Assembly (NCBI RefSeq): GCF_009914755.1
Contig: NC_060925.1
Strand: one strand, 5' to 3'
Length of the DNA stretch: 64,000 bases
Source: the human T2T-CHM13v2.0 reference genome, Homo sapiens
The first letter of the stretch is position 1. Each line of letters begins with the position of its first letter. Below the pieces are notes generated by a model. It saw only the letters and a program-made list of their open reading frames with translations. It had not been told where the DNA came from and ran no database searches. Positions 1-19,583 of the stretch are shown one piece after another. A program made the position numbers and the translations under genes.

Positions 1-1029
1 CATATTAGTGATTCTTACAATAAGTAAAACCTTACAACCTAAATGTTGAGTGTCTGATTTAAAAATAAGATTAGATGTTGGAAACTAGAAAAATCATGAA
101 ATTTTCTAAAAGCATATTATTATAGTATCCTATATTTGACTCTTCTTTGCACTCTGGAGAGTTCAGTTTTTACAATAAAGTCTCCCCCAAAAATTTATAA
201 CTAATATTATTGTTTTTACTTTTAAACTACTCCTTTAAAAACCACTAGTCTTAATGAACAATTGGCAAATTCATAATTTGATTATTTAATTATGAAAATT
301 TTGTAAGCTAAATACGAGATTATTAACTAATGCCTTTTTAAACATTGAATGCATTTTGGAGGTTATTATAGGAAGCAGCTTTTGAAAAAGCCTATTTTTA
401 AGTTGGTAGGAAACTCTTCCTGCCTTTTAGCCACTTTTTGTGAGATTGACTTAATCTGATACATTTAGGATCAATCAGATGTGTTTAGAAGTAGGCATAT
501 GGGATACACACTATTCTCTGTCTCTCTCTTGAGTGTGGAGCTTCCTACAGGAATCACATGATCATCCCTATGCTGCAAGTTTTATAGGGCGGGTGGAAGA
601 GTGGTCCTGTTGTGAGGGGATAAATTCAATAAAATAAAAATTCAGAAGAATATTTGCAAGTTCCAGTATTTTGATGAATAGGCTGGGCACTTTGAGAAGG
701 AAATAGAGTGGCATTCAGAGGAATTAACATACAAATATTGAAACTCTGATGTGGCTTTGGTGGCACTAATCTGGAAAATAGCCATATAGGAATTTTCACT
801 TGTTGGGTCTTTATAGCTTATGGTAGTCTTATCTTTACATGAGTTACTGTTTTTACAGAAACAGGCTGCAAGTTCTGGGTGTTAAGTGAATAGTGCATAA
901 GCTTTATCTGAAGCAAAAATGAGCATTTAATATGTCTGCAGGCCATAAACTTCAGAAGATGCATGGCCTGAAGGGGCCTCAGCCAAATTATTGGCTATTA
1001 AAAAACAAATATTAGCCACGCTAGACTGG

Positions 1030-1560
1030 GCAAAGAGGTGAGACTCAGTCAGAGATAATACTTTGTGTATATTTTGATGATGGAACCAAAAAGATTTCTG
1101 GAGATAAGAATTAAGTGAGGGAAAGAGAAGGGACAAAGTTTGGTTTTGAAGTACGGTTTTGGGCATATGTAATATTTGAGATATTTTAGATACCCAAGTG
1201 GAGATATTGAGTAGACCATTGGATAAATGAATCTAGAATTCTCCAGAAGGGTAAGTATTTAGTAATCATTGACATATAGGTTCTATTTAAAGTACAGAAC
1301 TGAATGCACTCTTTTTACAGTAATAAATGTTAGTTATAAAACAGAAAGGAATTAGTACCAAGCCTTGAGGTAAAGGAATATTTGAAAGTGAAGCAATAAA
1401 GGAAGAGCCACAAAAAAGCTAAGAAGGAGGGACTGCTGTAGGAGGGAAAAAGCGAGTGTAAGGGATGATGGAAGCCTAAAGAACAAAGTGATTCAAGAAG
1501 GGAATATTCCCCTGTGTGAAATCCTAATGAGCATGAAAGCAGAAAATAAATAATTGGACC
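1030..1560. repeat. degenerate L2 (LINE-2) fragments
   Basis: Purine-rich motifs typical of L2 ('tttgggcatatgtaatatttgag...ccaagtggagatattgagtag...ggataaatgaatctag'); boundaries approximate. Confidence 0.45.
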
Positions 1561-1968
1561 TATGGCTATATGTATGATATAATCTCTGCTCTCAATGACT
1601 CACAGTCAAGGAGCAAAATTTTATATGTAAACAAATGAATCAATTGTAATTAATTGGACCGTACACACATGTAAGAGCTACAGAGAAGTGAATGATAATT
1701 TCATGACATAAATGCAGGCATCAGAGAAGGACTTCTGGGTTTTGGACATAAATGGGAGTGCTATAGGTGTATAAGGAGGACAAGAGACAACCAAGACATA
1801 AGAAATCGCAATATAAAGGATGAAGTGAAGAATAGTTAGGAGAACCAAGCCATGGTATCTTCATGTAGGATTTTATGTGTTATATTGCAAAGCCTGGACT
1901 TTTCTGGTGTGGGAAATGGAAAGAGAATAAGCAAAGAAAATCAGACTTTATTATTTAAATATGGTATT

Positions 1969-3491
1969 AAAATGTTTTTATTTCAATAAGCTTTGGGGAA
2001 CAGGTGGTATTTGGTTACATGGATAAGTTCTTTTGTGGTGATTTGTGAGATTTTGGTGCACCCATCACCTCAGCAGTGTACACTGTACCCAGTGAGTAGT
2101 CTTTTATCCCTCACCCCCTCCTATCTTTCCTCCGCGAGTCCCCAAAATCCATTGTATCATTCTTATGCCTTTGTGTTGTCATAGCTTAGCTCCCACTTAT
2201 TAGTGGGAATATACAATATTTGGTTTTTCATTCCTGAGTTACATCACTTAGAATAATGGTCTCCAATTCCATCCAGGTTGCTGCAAATGCCATTATTTCA
2301 TTCCTTTTTATGGCTGAATAGTGTTCCATGGGGCTGGTTCCATGTTTTTGCAATTGTAAATTGTGCTATAAACATGCATGTGCAAGTGTCTTTTTCCTAT
2401 AATGACTTCTTTTCCTCTGGGTAGATACCTGGTAGTGGGATTGCTGGATCAAATGGTAGATCTACTTTTAGTTCTTTAAGGAATCTCCACACTGTTTTCC
2501 ATAGTGATTGTACTAGTTTACATTCCCACCAGCAGTGTAAAAGTGTCCCCTTTTCACCATATCCATGCCAATATCTATTGTTTTTTGATTTTTTGATTAT
2601 GGTCATTCTTGTAGGAGTGAGGTAGTATCACTTTGTGGTTTTGATTTGCATTTCTTTGATAATTAGTAATGTTGAGCATTTTTTTCATGTTGGTTGGCCA
2701 TTTGTATCTCTTCTTTTGAGAATTGGCTATTCATGTCCTTAGCCCACTTTTTGATGAAGTTGTTTTTTTTTTTTTTCTGGCTGATTTGATTGAGTTTCTT
2801 GTAGATTCTGGATATTAGCTCTTTGACAGATGCATAGTTTGCGAATATTTTCTCCCACTCTGTGGGTTGTCTGTTCACTCTGCTGATTATTTCTTTTGCT
2901 GTGCAGAAACTTTTTAGTTTAATTAAGTCCCATCTATTTACCTTTGTTTGTGTTGCATTTGCTTTTGGGTTTTTCTTCATGAACTCTCTGCCTAAGCCAA
3001 CATCTAGAAGGGTTTTCCTGATGTTATCTTCTAGACTTTTTATGGTTTCAGGTCTTTGATCCATGTTGAGTTGATTTTTGCATAATGTGAGAGATGAGAA
3101 TCCAGTTTCATTCTTCTACATGTGGCTTGCCAGTTATCTCAGAACCATTTGTTGAATAGGATGTCTTTCCCCATTCTATGTTTTTATTTTCTTTGTCAAA
3201 GATCAGTTGGGTGTAAGTATTTGGGTTTATTTCTGAGTTCTCTATTCTGTTCCATGGGTCTATGTGCCTATTTTTATTACCAGTTGCATGCTCTTTTCAT
3301 GACTATAACCTTGTAGTATAGTTTGAAGTTGGGTAATGTGATGCCTCCAGATTTGTTCTTTTTGCTCAGTCTTGCTTTGGCTATGCGGGCTCTTTTTTGC
3401 AGTCTACATATTTAGTGCAATTCCTATCAAAATACCACCATCATTCTTCACAGAACTAGAAAAAACAATCCTAAAATTCATATGGAACAAA
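1969..3491 (-). mobile_element. 5'-truncated older primate L1 (L1PA/L1PB-type) with inverted 5' segment
   Basis: ORF2 C-terminal peptides on - strand (2397-2606 '[14 protein letters not shown]', 2663-3064); 3401-3491 is L1 in + orientation; near-TSD aaatatggtatt (1957-1968) / aaatatagtatt (3492-3503). Confidence 0.85.
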
Positions 3492-3665
3492 AAATATAGT
3501 ATTTTTAAATTTAAATTTTACAAAAGGTTATAAAGTATAAGGTCTCCTAACTCTATCATCAATGCCCCAACTTGAGGAAAATACTTTTCTTTTGGAAGAC
3601 AACTAAGGATAATTGGAACTGGATAAAGCAATTGCAACTATTGAAATAGTCCAGTTAAGAGATAA

Positions 3666-4183
3666 TGTAACCAAAATGCAGTTTAGTTGCTTGCCGCATC
3701 CAAACAACAAATGGGAGGTCTGATGCATATGTCTTGCCATACTGCTTCACTTTGGGAGTAGAAATCAGGCACTTTCATAAGGTAAGGGAGGAAATGAGCA
3801 AGGGCAAGGGTCCCCCTGCTAGCTCAGTGCCTTATCTATCTGGCAGTTGAATTGGTGCTGTCCTGGGAAGAACTAAGTTGTAAAAGTGGCCAAGTGGGCA
3901 TGCTTTTGACATGCCCTCCTGAGGTGACCTCCTGGAGGTGAGAATTCCATAGTGGGGTGCAAGGGGCAGGCTTTGGTCTGCAAATTGACTGTCAACTCTC
4001 AAGGAGAGATCCATCTAAGAGCACATACATGAACTTCCCCTGTAGGGAATGTCTGGTGAGTGGGAGATGAAAGGTTATATTTGTGTTTCTAAAGGACTAA
4101 GTAGGAAGTAGGGAACAGGGGAAATGAGAAGAGAGGAAAAAAAATTAAACCACCTCTTAGGAAGATAGGGGTATTCGATTACA
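3666..4183. mobile_element. probable solo LTR, family not determined
   Basis: Begins TGTAACC and ends GATTACA, ~520 bp, more GC-rich than the AT-rich flanks; no clean TSD seen. Confidence 0.4.
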
Positions 4184-5667
4184 ATGGGAAAATTTCTTAG
4201 GTTGAAAGCTTAAGTTCCAAACTTTTGGATTAGATCTAATACCTGTCCTGAGAAAAATATTCATAACTTTATCACTCTAACAGTAATAAAATGTTTTCTA
4301 CTTCATGTAAATTTAAATTAATGATGTCAAAGAGCAAGTTGCTTTGGTTGATATAAAGGTTAGAAATAAATTATTAATAATTTAGGTAACCTGAATTCAG
4401 TATAATTAATACTCCACAGACTATTGTAGTACATCAGGAACTTTAATCAATGACAGGTCAACCATGGGTTAGAAATACAAAATGACAAACAAGAGACAGA
4501 TAAGACAACATTATTTAAGTTACAAAATCAGAGTTTAGAGATGAAGGGAACCAAAAGGATCATTTAATTTCAAAAGATCAGTCATTTGAGTCCTATAAAA
4601 GCAATAAAAATGAAAAGGATAGTTTTAAAAAAAATGACTCTAAATTTCAGTATACATATACATAATTTACACTAATGCATAAATATGAGCATATAAAATC
4701 TTAGTGCCCTCCCTTTTTTTCTTTTGCTTTTTCCCTCAACCTCTCTCTTCCCTGCTCCACATACTTGAGTCCCCCTCGGTTAACTTCTACTCTCTTAGGT
4801 AACCCTCGACAAGAACCTACTGTGTAAACTTTCTTATTTTTCTCCATGACAGAAAGACAGTTATAATGTATTTAGTAGTTTGTCATATTTTTACACATAT
4901 ATACATACACATAGGATTTTCTGGTTATGGTTAAATTACAAACATGGGATAATATGTATACTTTTCAGAGTCTTGCTTTACTCAGTGTCATGGAAATCTC
5001 TCTAAAACGTGGTAAATCTCTCTACACATGTGGTATGGTTGCAGTTTATTCTTTTTAGTGGCTGTATAATATTTCATGGGTGTATAACAATTCACTATTT
5101 CTCTATTAAAAGGTGTGGTAGAGACCTTGATCACTTATATCTAATCTTCTCTTCTCCCAGGCACATGAGAAGATTATACTTCCTCCCTCCTTAGTGATAC
5201 TATGTTTTAGCAAATGAATTTTAAGTAGAAGTGATGTGTGTTAATTACTTCTGTGGTGTGAGACCCTCTATCACACCCTTCTTCTGTTGCAGCAATTTGT
5301 GGTATTATAGATGACAAAGTCTCTGTCACCCTCAGTTCCTGAAGTGAAAATTGCATGGAACAAAGTTCTCCCATTAACCCATTGTGGTTATGTAGTAATG
5401 AATTTGATTCACCATATAAAACTGAAAATTCAACAGGGGCAGTGAAATAGGAGGACTGAAGTTCCCTAGCTACAAATTAGTCCTGTGTGCTCTCTCCATC
5501 CTCAGAAACCTCTCTCCTGTCCTAGAAGGACGTGCAATGTAAGTAGAACCCATATTACCAGATTGGTGTCTTTTTTTCTTTTTTTTTAAGGTTGGAGGTT
5601 GGTGTCTTAAAGTAGCCATTATAATTACCTACTTGCTTCTCCCAGGTTCTTTAAAAATTGCAGTACA

Positions 5668-6388
<721 letters not shown>

Positions 6389-6708
6389 TAACACATGAGA
6401 GCTATCACAGGGAGGCTCTGGCCAGTGATAGGTAGCTATAGTATATGACATGCCAGATGGGCATGATGGGCCAAGAAAGTAGATAGGTCATCCTTGGACC
6501 CATCTACTTTCTTGGCCTCATCTACTTTCTTGGCCTGTCAGGTTCATTTGGCCTGTCATGGATCTTGAGATTCATGTTTGGGTCTCAAGATCCAAAAAAA
6601 GGTTATGAATGTGGCATGGTCTCACCCTTCAGATACCCTGTGGCAGGGAGAAGTCAGTAATGAGATTTTTGTCCAGTGAATTTGTATCCTGCAACTTTGA
6701 TAAAGTCA

Positions 6709-7459
<751 letters not shown>

Positions 7460-10400
7460 AGTCCACCCCTTGTCAACTTGAATCCATACACATCTCCTGA
7501 AATCACACATAATCTTCAAATAAAGGCAGTAATAAGGTCATAATTACACCTAACATAATACAACTATCCTTCATACAATGGGAAATGCACAATCCCCAAC
7601 CCAAATGCTATTACATAAAGTTAACACTTAAATGCTGATGTGAAGTCAATAAATCTTATGTCACATGATAAAGGAAAAAGGAAATAAAATGATCTTTTCT
7701 TAGTACAAGTGTACGCATGCACAAACATGTTCTTAACAAAAGAAGGAGGAAATATTCATGACAATTACAGTCATTGTTTCTGCAACTGGTCATGTGGTCA
7801 TAGCTGGTATTGATGACTACCTTCTTTTACTACCCATGCTATATTCCCTTTGCCTTCAGCAAGCACCTCAGCTGGTTGTGGTTTTTTTCCTGGTGGAGTG
7901 ACACAAACCTTCATTCCTGAAGGGTCTGTCCCATTTGTAGTCCTGCCTGGATCGGGCTATTGTAGCTTCCCATTGACCTTAATCACAGGGCATGGGAATA
8001 CTAAGAGATGCCCTAAGGGATCTCCTGTATTCCAGACATACTCTTCCTTACCTCCATTGTGGAGTAGTAGACTGATTTCATCTTGATAGTCCAGGTCAAT
8101 CACCCCAGCCAACACTTTAACTCCCTTCTTAGGCTGTTGACTTAAAGGTAGGAAGAGCCCAAAGTGTTTAGGTGGCAATCTTAACTTCCAGTTTAGTGGA
8201 ATCATTGTTGTGTCTCCTGGTGGCAGCATTCCTCCCTCTGGAATCTAAGACATCTAGGCCAGCAGAACATAATGTTGCAGGAACAAGAAGCAAAAATTTT
8301 GCTAGTGGGTCACTAGGGGTGATGGTGAGTGGTGCCAGTTCCACTTCCACCCATTGATTTCTGGACCCGTGAATCCTGGCTATGGGAGAAACAGTACCAT
8401 ATATTGGATGCTAATTCAGAGTATACACAGCCTTCTGGAGAACTTTGCCGCAGCCTTGCAAAGTATTATTACATAGTTGGTGTTGTAATTTTGACTTCAA
8501 AAGCCCATTCCACCGTTCTATCAATCCAGCTGCTTAAAGATAATGGGGAACATAGTAAGACCAGTAAATTCCATAAGCATGAGCCCACGGCTGTACTTCT
8601 TTAGCCATAAAGTGAGTGCCTTGGTCAGAGGCAATGCTGTGCAGAATACCATGATGGTGGATAAGGCATTCTGTGTGCCCATGGATGGTAGTCTTGGCAG
8701 AAGCATTGTGTGCAGGATAGGCAAAGCCATATCCAGATAAAGTATCTATTCCAGTGAGAACAAACTGCTGCTCTTTGCATGATGGAAGAGGTCCAACATA
8801 ATCAACCTGCCACCAAGTAGCTGGATAATCACCCCCCAAAGAATGGTGTCATATCAAGGGCTCAGTGTTGGTCTCTGCTTCTGGCAAATTGGGCACTCAC
8901 CAGTGGGTGTAGCCAGGTCAGCCTTGGTGAGTGGAAGCCCATGTTGCTGAGCCCATGTGCAACCTTCATCCCTGCCACCATGGCCACTTTGTTTATGGGC
9001 TCATTGGGCAATGATAGGGGTGGCTGGGGAAAGAGGCTGAGTGGTGTCCACTGAAAGAATCTTCCTATCCATTTGATTATTAAAATCCTCCTCTACTGAG
9101 GTCACCCATTGGTGAGCACTCACATGGGATACAAATATCTTCACAATCTTCGACCACTCAGAGAAGTCCATCCATATACCTCTTCCCCAAATTTCTTTGT
9201 CACCAATTTTCCAACAATGCTTCTTCCAAGTCTCTGACCATCCAGCCAAACCATTAGCTACAGCCCATGAATCCATATATAATCGCATATCTGGCCATTT
9301 CTCCTTCCATGCAAAGTGCACAACCAGGTGCACTGCTCAAACTTCTGCCCACTGGGAAGATTTCCCTTCACCGCTGTCCTTCAGAAATGACCTGGAAAGG
9401 GGCTGTAGTGCTGCAGCTGTCCACTTTTGGGTGGAGCCTGCATATTATGCAGAACCATCTGTGAACCAGGCCCTAGTCTTCTCTTCCTCTGTCAGCTGAT
9501 CATAGGGAACTCCCCATGAGGCCATTGCTTCAGGCTAGGGGAGAGAAGGCAGGGTGGCAGGAGTGGAGACCATGAGCATTTGAGCCATTTCCTCATGCAA
9601 CTTACTTGTGCCTTCAGGACCTGCTCAAGCCTGATCATGTGTATACCACTTCCATTTGATGATGGAGTGCTGCTGTGCACACCCCACTCTATGGCTAAAC
9701 GGGTAAAAAAGCACAATTCATGATAGGCAGTTCAGGTTGCATGGCGACTTGACCCGTAGTCAAATGTTCAGTTTCCACCAAATCCCAGTAACAGGACAAG
9801 AGCTGTCTCTCAAAAGGAGAGTAGTTATCTACAGAAGATAGCAGGGCCTTGCTCCAAAATCCTAGAGGGCTCTGCAGTGATTCACCTGTGGGAGCCTGCC
9901 AAAGGCTCCAAACAGCATCCCTATCTGCTGCCACTGACACCTCAAGCACCATTGGATCTGCTGGGTCATATGGCCCAAGTGGCAGAGCAGCTTGCACAGC
10001 AGCCTGAATCTGTTGCAGACCCTTCTCCTGTTCTAGACCCCACTCAAAACTGGCAGCCTTTGAAGTCCCTTGATAAATGGGCCAGAGTAACACACCCAGA
10101 TGAGGAATGTGTTGCCTCTAAAATCCTAATAGGCCCACTTGGCATTGTGCCTCATTCTTGGTTGTAGGAGGGGCCAAATGCAGCAACTTATCCTTCACCT
10201 TAGAAGAAATATCTCCACAGGCTCCATACCACTGGACCCCTAGGAATTTTACTGAGGTAGAAGGTCCCTGAATTTTAGTCAGTTTTATTTCTCATCCTCT
10301 GGCATGCAAATGTCTCACCAATAAGTCCAGGGTGTTTGCTACTTCTTGCTCACTGGATCCAATCAGCGCAATGTCATCAATGTAATGGACCAGTGTGATA

Positions 10401-11065
10401 TCTTGTGGAGTGGAAAAGTGATCAAGATCTCTCTGAACAAGATTGTGACACAAAGCTGAAGAGTTGATATACCCTGAGGTAGGACAGTAAAGGTACATTG
10501 CTGGCCTTGCTAGCTGAAGGCAAATTGCTTCTGGTGGGCCTTATGGGCAGGAATGCAGAAAAAGGTATTTGCCAATCAATGGCTGCATATCAGGTACCAG
10601 GAGATGTGTTAATTTGCTCAAGCAATGGAACCACATCTGGTACAGCAGCTGCATTTGGAGTCAACACTTGGTTAAGCTTACAATAATCCACTGTCATTCT
10701 CCAAGATTTATCTGTCTTCTGCACAGGCCAACTAGGAGAGTTGAACAGGGGTGTGGTGGGAATCACCACCCCTGCATCTTTCAAGTCCTTGATGGTGGCA
10801 ATAATCTCCACAATCCCTCCAGGGATGTGATATTGTTTTTGATTTACTATCTTCCTAGGTAGAAGCAGCTCTAATGGCTTCCATTTGGCCCTTACCACCA
10901 TAATAGCTTTCACCCTACCAGTCAGGGAGCCAATGTGGAGGTTCTGCCAGGTGCTAAGTATATCTATGCCAATTATGCATACTGACACTGAGAAAATGAC
11001 CACAGGATGAGCCCAGGGATGCACTGCACCCACTGTAAGTCAGACCTGAGCTAAAACTCCATTAA
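7460..11065 (-). mobile_element. HERV-L internal region: decayed pro/pol (RT, RNase H, integrase) and dUTPase
   Basis: RT fragments 10590-11033 ('[12 protein letters not shown]') and 10292-10498 ('VHYIDD'); RNase H 9001-9333 ('YMDSWAVANGL'); integrase 8534-8839 ('WQVDYVGPLP...SDQGTHF'); dUTPase 7957-8229; many stops and frameshifts. Confidence 0.9.
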
Positions 11066-11068
11066 CTG

Positions 11069-12463
<1,395 letters not shown>

Positions 12464-14847
12464 AAATTAAACCTCTTTTCTTCATAAATTACTCACTCTC
12501 AGGTAGTTCTTTCTAGCAATGTGAGAATGGACTAATACAGAAAATTGGTACTAGAAGAGTGGGACACTGCTATAAAGATATTTGAAAATGTGGAAGTGAC
12601 TTTGGAACTGGTAATGAGCAGAGGTTGGAACAGTTTGGAGGACTCAGAAGAAGACAGGAAGATATGTGAAAGCTTGGAACTTCCTAGAGATTTGGTGAAT
12701 GCTTTTGACCAAAATGCTGATAGTGATATGGAAAATGAAGTCCAGGCTGAGGGTGACATGCTTGTCCATGTGAAGAGACCACCAAACAGGCTTTATGTGA
12801 GCAACAAAGCTTTTTAATCACCTGGGTGCAGGTGGACTGAGTCCAAAAAAGGAGTCAGCAAAGGGAGATGGGGTGGGGCAGTTTTATAGGATTTGGGTAG
12901 ATAGTGGAAAATTACAGTCAAACAGGGGTTTTCTCTTGTGGACAGGGGTGGGGGTTATAGGGTGCTCAGTGGGGAGCTTCTGAGACTCATTGTCCAGGAG
13001 AAGGAATGTCACAAGGTCAATTGATCAGTTAGGGTGGGGCAGGAACAAATCACAATGGTGGAATGTCATCAGTTAAGGCCGGAACTGGCTATTTTCACTT
13101 CTTTGGTGTTCTTCAGTTGCTTCGGGCCATCTGGATGTATACATGCAGGTCATAGGGGATATGATGCCTTAGCTTGGACTCAGAGGCTTGACAGAGGGTG
13201 TCTCAAATGGAGATGAGGAACTTATTAGAAACTGGAGTAAAGGTTACTCTTGCTATGCTTTAGCAGAGACTGGCAGCATTTTGCCCCAGCCCTAGAGATC
13301 TGTGTAAGTTTGAACCTGAGAGAGATGATTTAGGGTATCTGATAGAAGAAATTTCTAAGCAGCAAAGCCTTGAAAATGTGACCTGGAGGCTCCTAAAAGC
13401 CTATGCTCATTTGCATAAAGAAAGAGATGGTCTGAAATTGGAACTTATATTTAAAAGGGAAGCAGAGCGTAAAAGTTTGGAAAATTTGCAGCCTGACCAT
13501 TTGATGGAATAGAAAAATCCATTTTCTGGAGAGGAATTCAAGCTCAAGCTGGCTGTAGAAATTTGAATAAGTAAAGAGGAACTGAATGTTAATAGTCAAG
13601 ACAATGGGGAAATGTCTCCGGGGCATTTCAGAGACCTTTGAGGTAGCACCTCCCATCACTCAGGAGGCCTAGGAGGGAAAAATGGTTTCCTGGGCCAGGC
13701 ACAAGGCCCTGCTGCTCTCTGCAGCCTCAGGATATGGTGACTTGCATCACAGCCATTCCAGCTCCAGCCATGGCTAAAAGGGGCCAAGGTACAGTTCAGG
13801 CCATTGCTTCAGAGAGTGCAAGCCCCAAGCCTTGGTGACTTCCATGTGGTGTTGCAGGGGTGGAGCCCTCATGAAGAACCTCTACTAGGGCAATGTGGAA
13901 AGGAAATGTAGGATTGGAGCCCCCACACAGAGTCTTCACTGGGGCACTGCATAGCAGAGCTGTGAGAAGAGGGCCACCATCCTCCAGACCCCAGAATGGT
14001 AGATCCACTGACAGCTTGCACTTTGTGCCTGGAAAAGCTACAGGTACTCAGTGCCATCCTGTGCAGAGCCATGGGGTGGAGCTGCCCAAGGCCATGGGCG
14101 CCCACCCCCTGCTTGCCTCAGTGTGTCCTGGATGTAAGACATGGAGTCAAATGAAATTATTTCAAAGCTTTAAGATTTAATGGCTGCCCTGCTGAGTTTC
14201 AGACTTGCATGGAGCATGTAGCCCATTTGTTTGGCCAATTTCTCCTTTTTGGAATGGGAATATTTACCCAATGCCTGCACCCCCAATGTATCTTGAAGTA
14301 ACTAACTTGTTTTTTATTTTACAGGCTCATAGATGGAAGAGACTTGCCTTGTCTCAGATGAAACTTTGGACTTGGACTTTCAAGTTAATGCTGGCATGAC
14401 TTAAGACTTTGGGGGACTGTTGGGAAGGCATAATTGGTTTTGAAATGTGAGAAGGACATGAGATTTGGGAGGGGCCAGGGGTGGAATGATATGGTTTGGA
14501 TTTGTGTTCTCACCCAAATCACACATTGAAGCAAAGGAGGAACCTAGTGGGAAGTAATTGGATCTTGGGGGCAGAATTCCCCCTTGCAATCATAAGTTCT
14601 CACAAGACCTGATGGTTTAATAGTGTGTGGCACTTACCTCTTCTCTTTCTCACTCTCTCTGCTGCCACCATGTGAAGAAGGTGCTTGCTTCCCCTTCACC
14701 TTCTGCCATGATTGTAGGTTTCATGAGGGCTCCCAGTCATGCTTTCTGGTATAGTCTGTGGAACTGTGAGTCAATTAAACCTCTTTTCTTCACAAATTAC
14801 CAAGTCTCAGGTAGTTCTTTCTAGCAGTGTGAGAACAGACTAATATA
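12464..14847 (+). mobile_element. MSTA-type MaLR provirus: truncated 5' LTR, internal region, 3' LTR 14487-14847
   Basis: LTR end 'aattaaacctcttttcttc...caggtagttctttctagca..gtgagaa..gactaata' occurs at 12465-12539 and 14773-14847; MaLR internal ORF remnant 'IKIFENVEVTLELV'; purine tract before TGATATGG at 14487. Confidence 0.85.
12754..13193 (-). mobile_element. solo HERV-H LTR (LTR7 family, LTR7C-like)
   Basis: - strand begins tgtcaagcctctgagtccaagctaag and ends ...tggtggtctcttcacatggacaagcatgtca; TATA 'cctataaaactgcccc'; perfect 5-bp TSD GAGGG (12749-12753 / 13194-13198). Confidence 0.9.
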
Positions 14848-14984
14848 TAGTGTAAGAAACTTACTTACAGAAATATATTTCTATTTCTTATTCCTATTCT
14901 CTCTTTTATTCTTGACATACTATTTACTTCTACAAACACCACAATAATTATTAATTTTGCTTTAAGCTGTCAATTTTCTTTTTA

Positions 14985-15280
14985 AGAAAATTGAGGTAAA
15001 CTTTACACAAGGAAAGTAACCATTTTAAAGTGAAGAGCTCAGTGGCATTTAATACATTCACAATGTTATGCAACCACAACATCTCTCTAGTTCCAAAACA
15101 TTTTTATCACCCCAAAAGAAAACTCTGTACTCATTAAGCTGTTATTTTCCATTCCCTACTCTCTCCAGCCTCTGGTAACCACCAGTCAGCTTTTTGTCTC
15201 CATGCATTAACCTATTATACATATGTCATATAAATGCACTCATACAATATGTGACATTTTGTATCTGGCTTCTTTCACTT
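14985..15280 (-). mobile_element. old L1M (L1MB-like) 3' end fragment
   Basis: 'aaattgaggtaaactttaca...ccattttaaagtg...atctggcttctttcactt'. Confidence 0.65.
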
Positions 15281-15692
15281 CAGTCATCTTTTGCCAATAT
15301 TAGAAATGATAACAATTTTATTTGCTCACATATTTACTCATCTCTTCATTGAGTAGTATCACATTTTCTCCTGTTTATTTTTTTCTCAAAGAACCTCCTT
15401 TAACATTTCTTGTAATACAGATCTGCTGATGATGCAATCTGTCACCTTTGTTTTATTTATTTTATTATTTTTTAAAATTTTATTATTATTATACTTTAAG
15501 TTTTAGGGTACATGTGCACAACGTGCAGGTTTTTTACATATGTATACATGTGCCACGTTGGTGTGCTGCACCCATTAACTCATCATTTTGCATTAGGTAT
15601 ATCTCCTAATGCTATCTCTCCCCCCTTCCCCCACCCCACAACAGTCCCCGGTGTGTGAGGTTCTCCTTCCTGTGTCCATGTGTTCTCATTGT

Positions 15693-19535
<3,843 letters not shown>

Positions 19536-19583
19536 TTATTTTGCTCGTTAGTTGATGCAGTTTCTTCCTAGTCTCGATGGTCT

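Noticed and set aside
6501-6536. Short direct repeats as a CRISPR-like array
   Set aside because: Only two abutting copies without spacers, in eukaryotic DNA with no cas genes
7850-11033. Retroviral RT, RNase H, integrase and dUTPase ORFs as a functional or domesticated gene
   Set aside because: Broken into many short frames by stops and frameshifts; ordinary HERV-L decay
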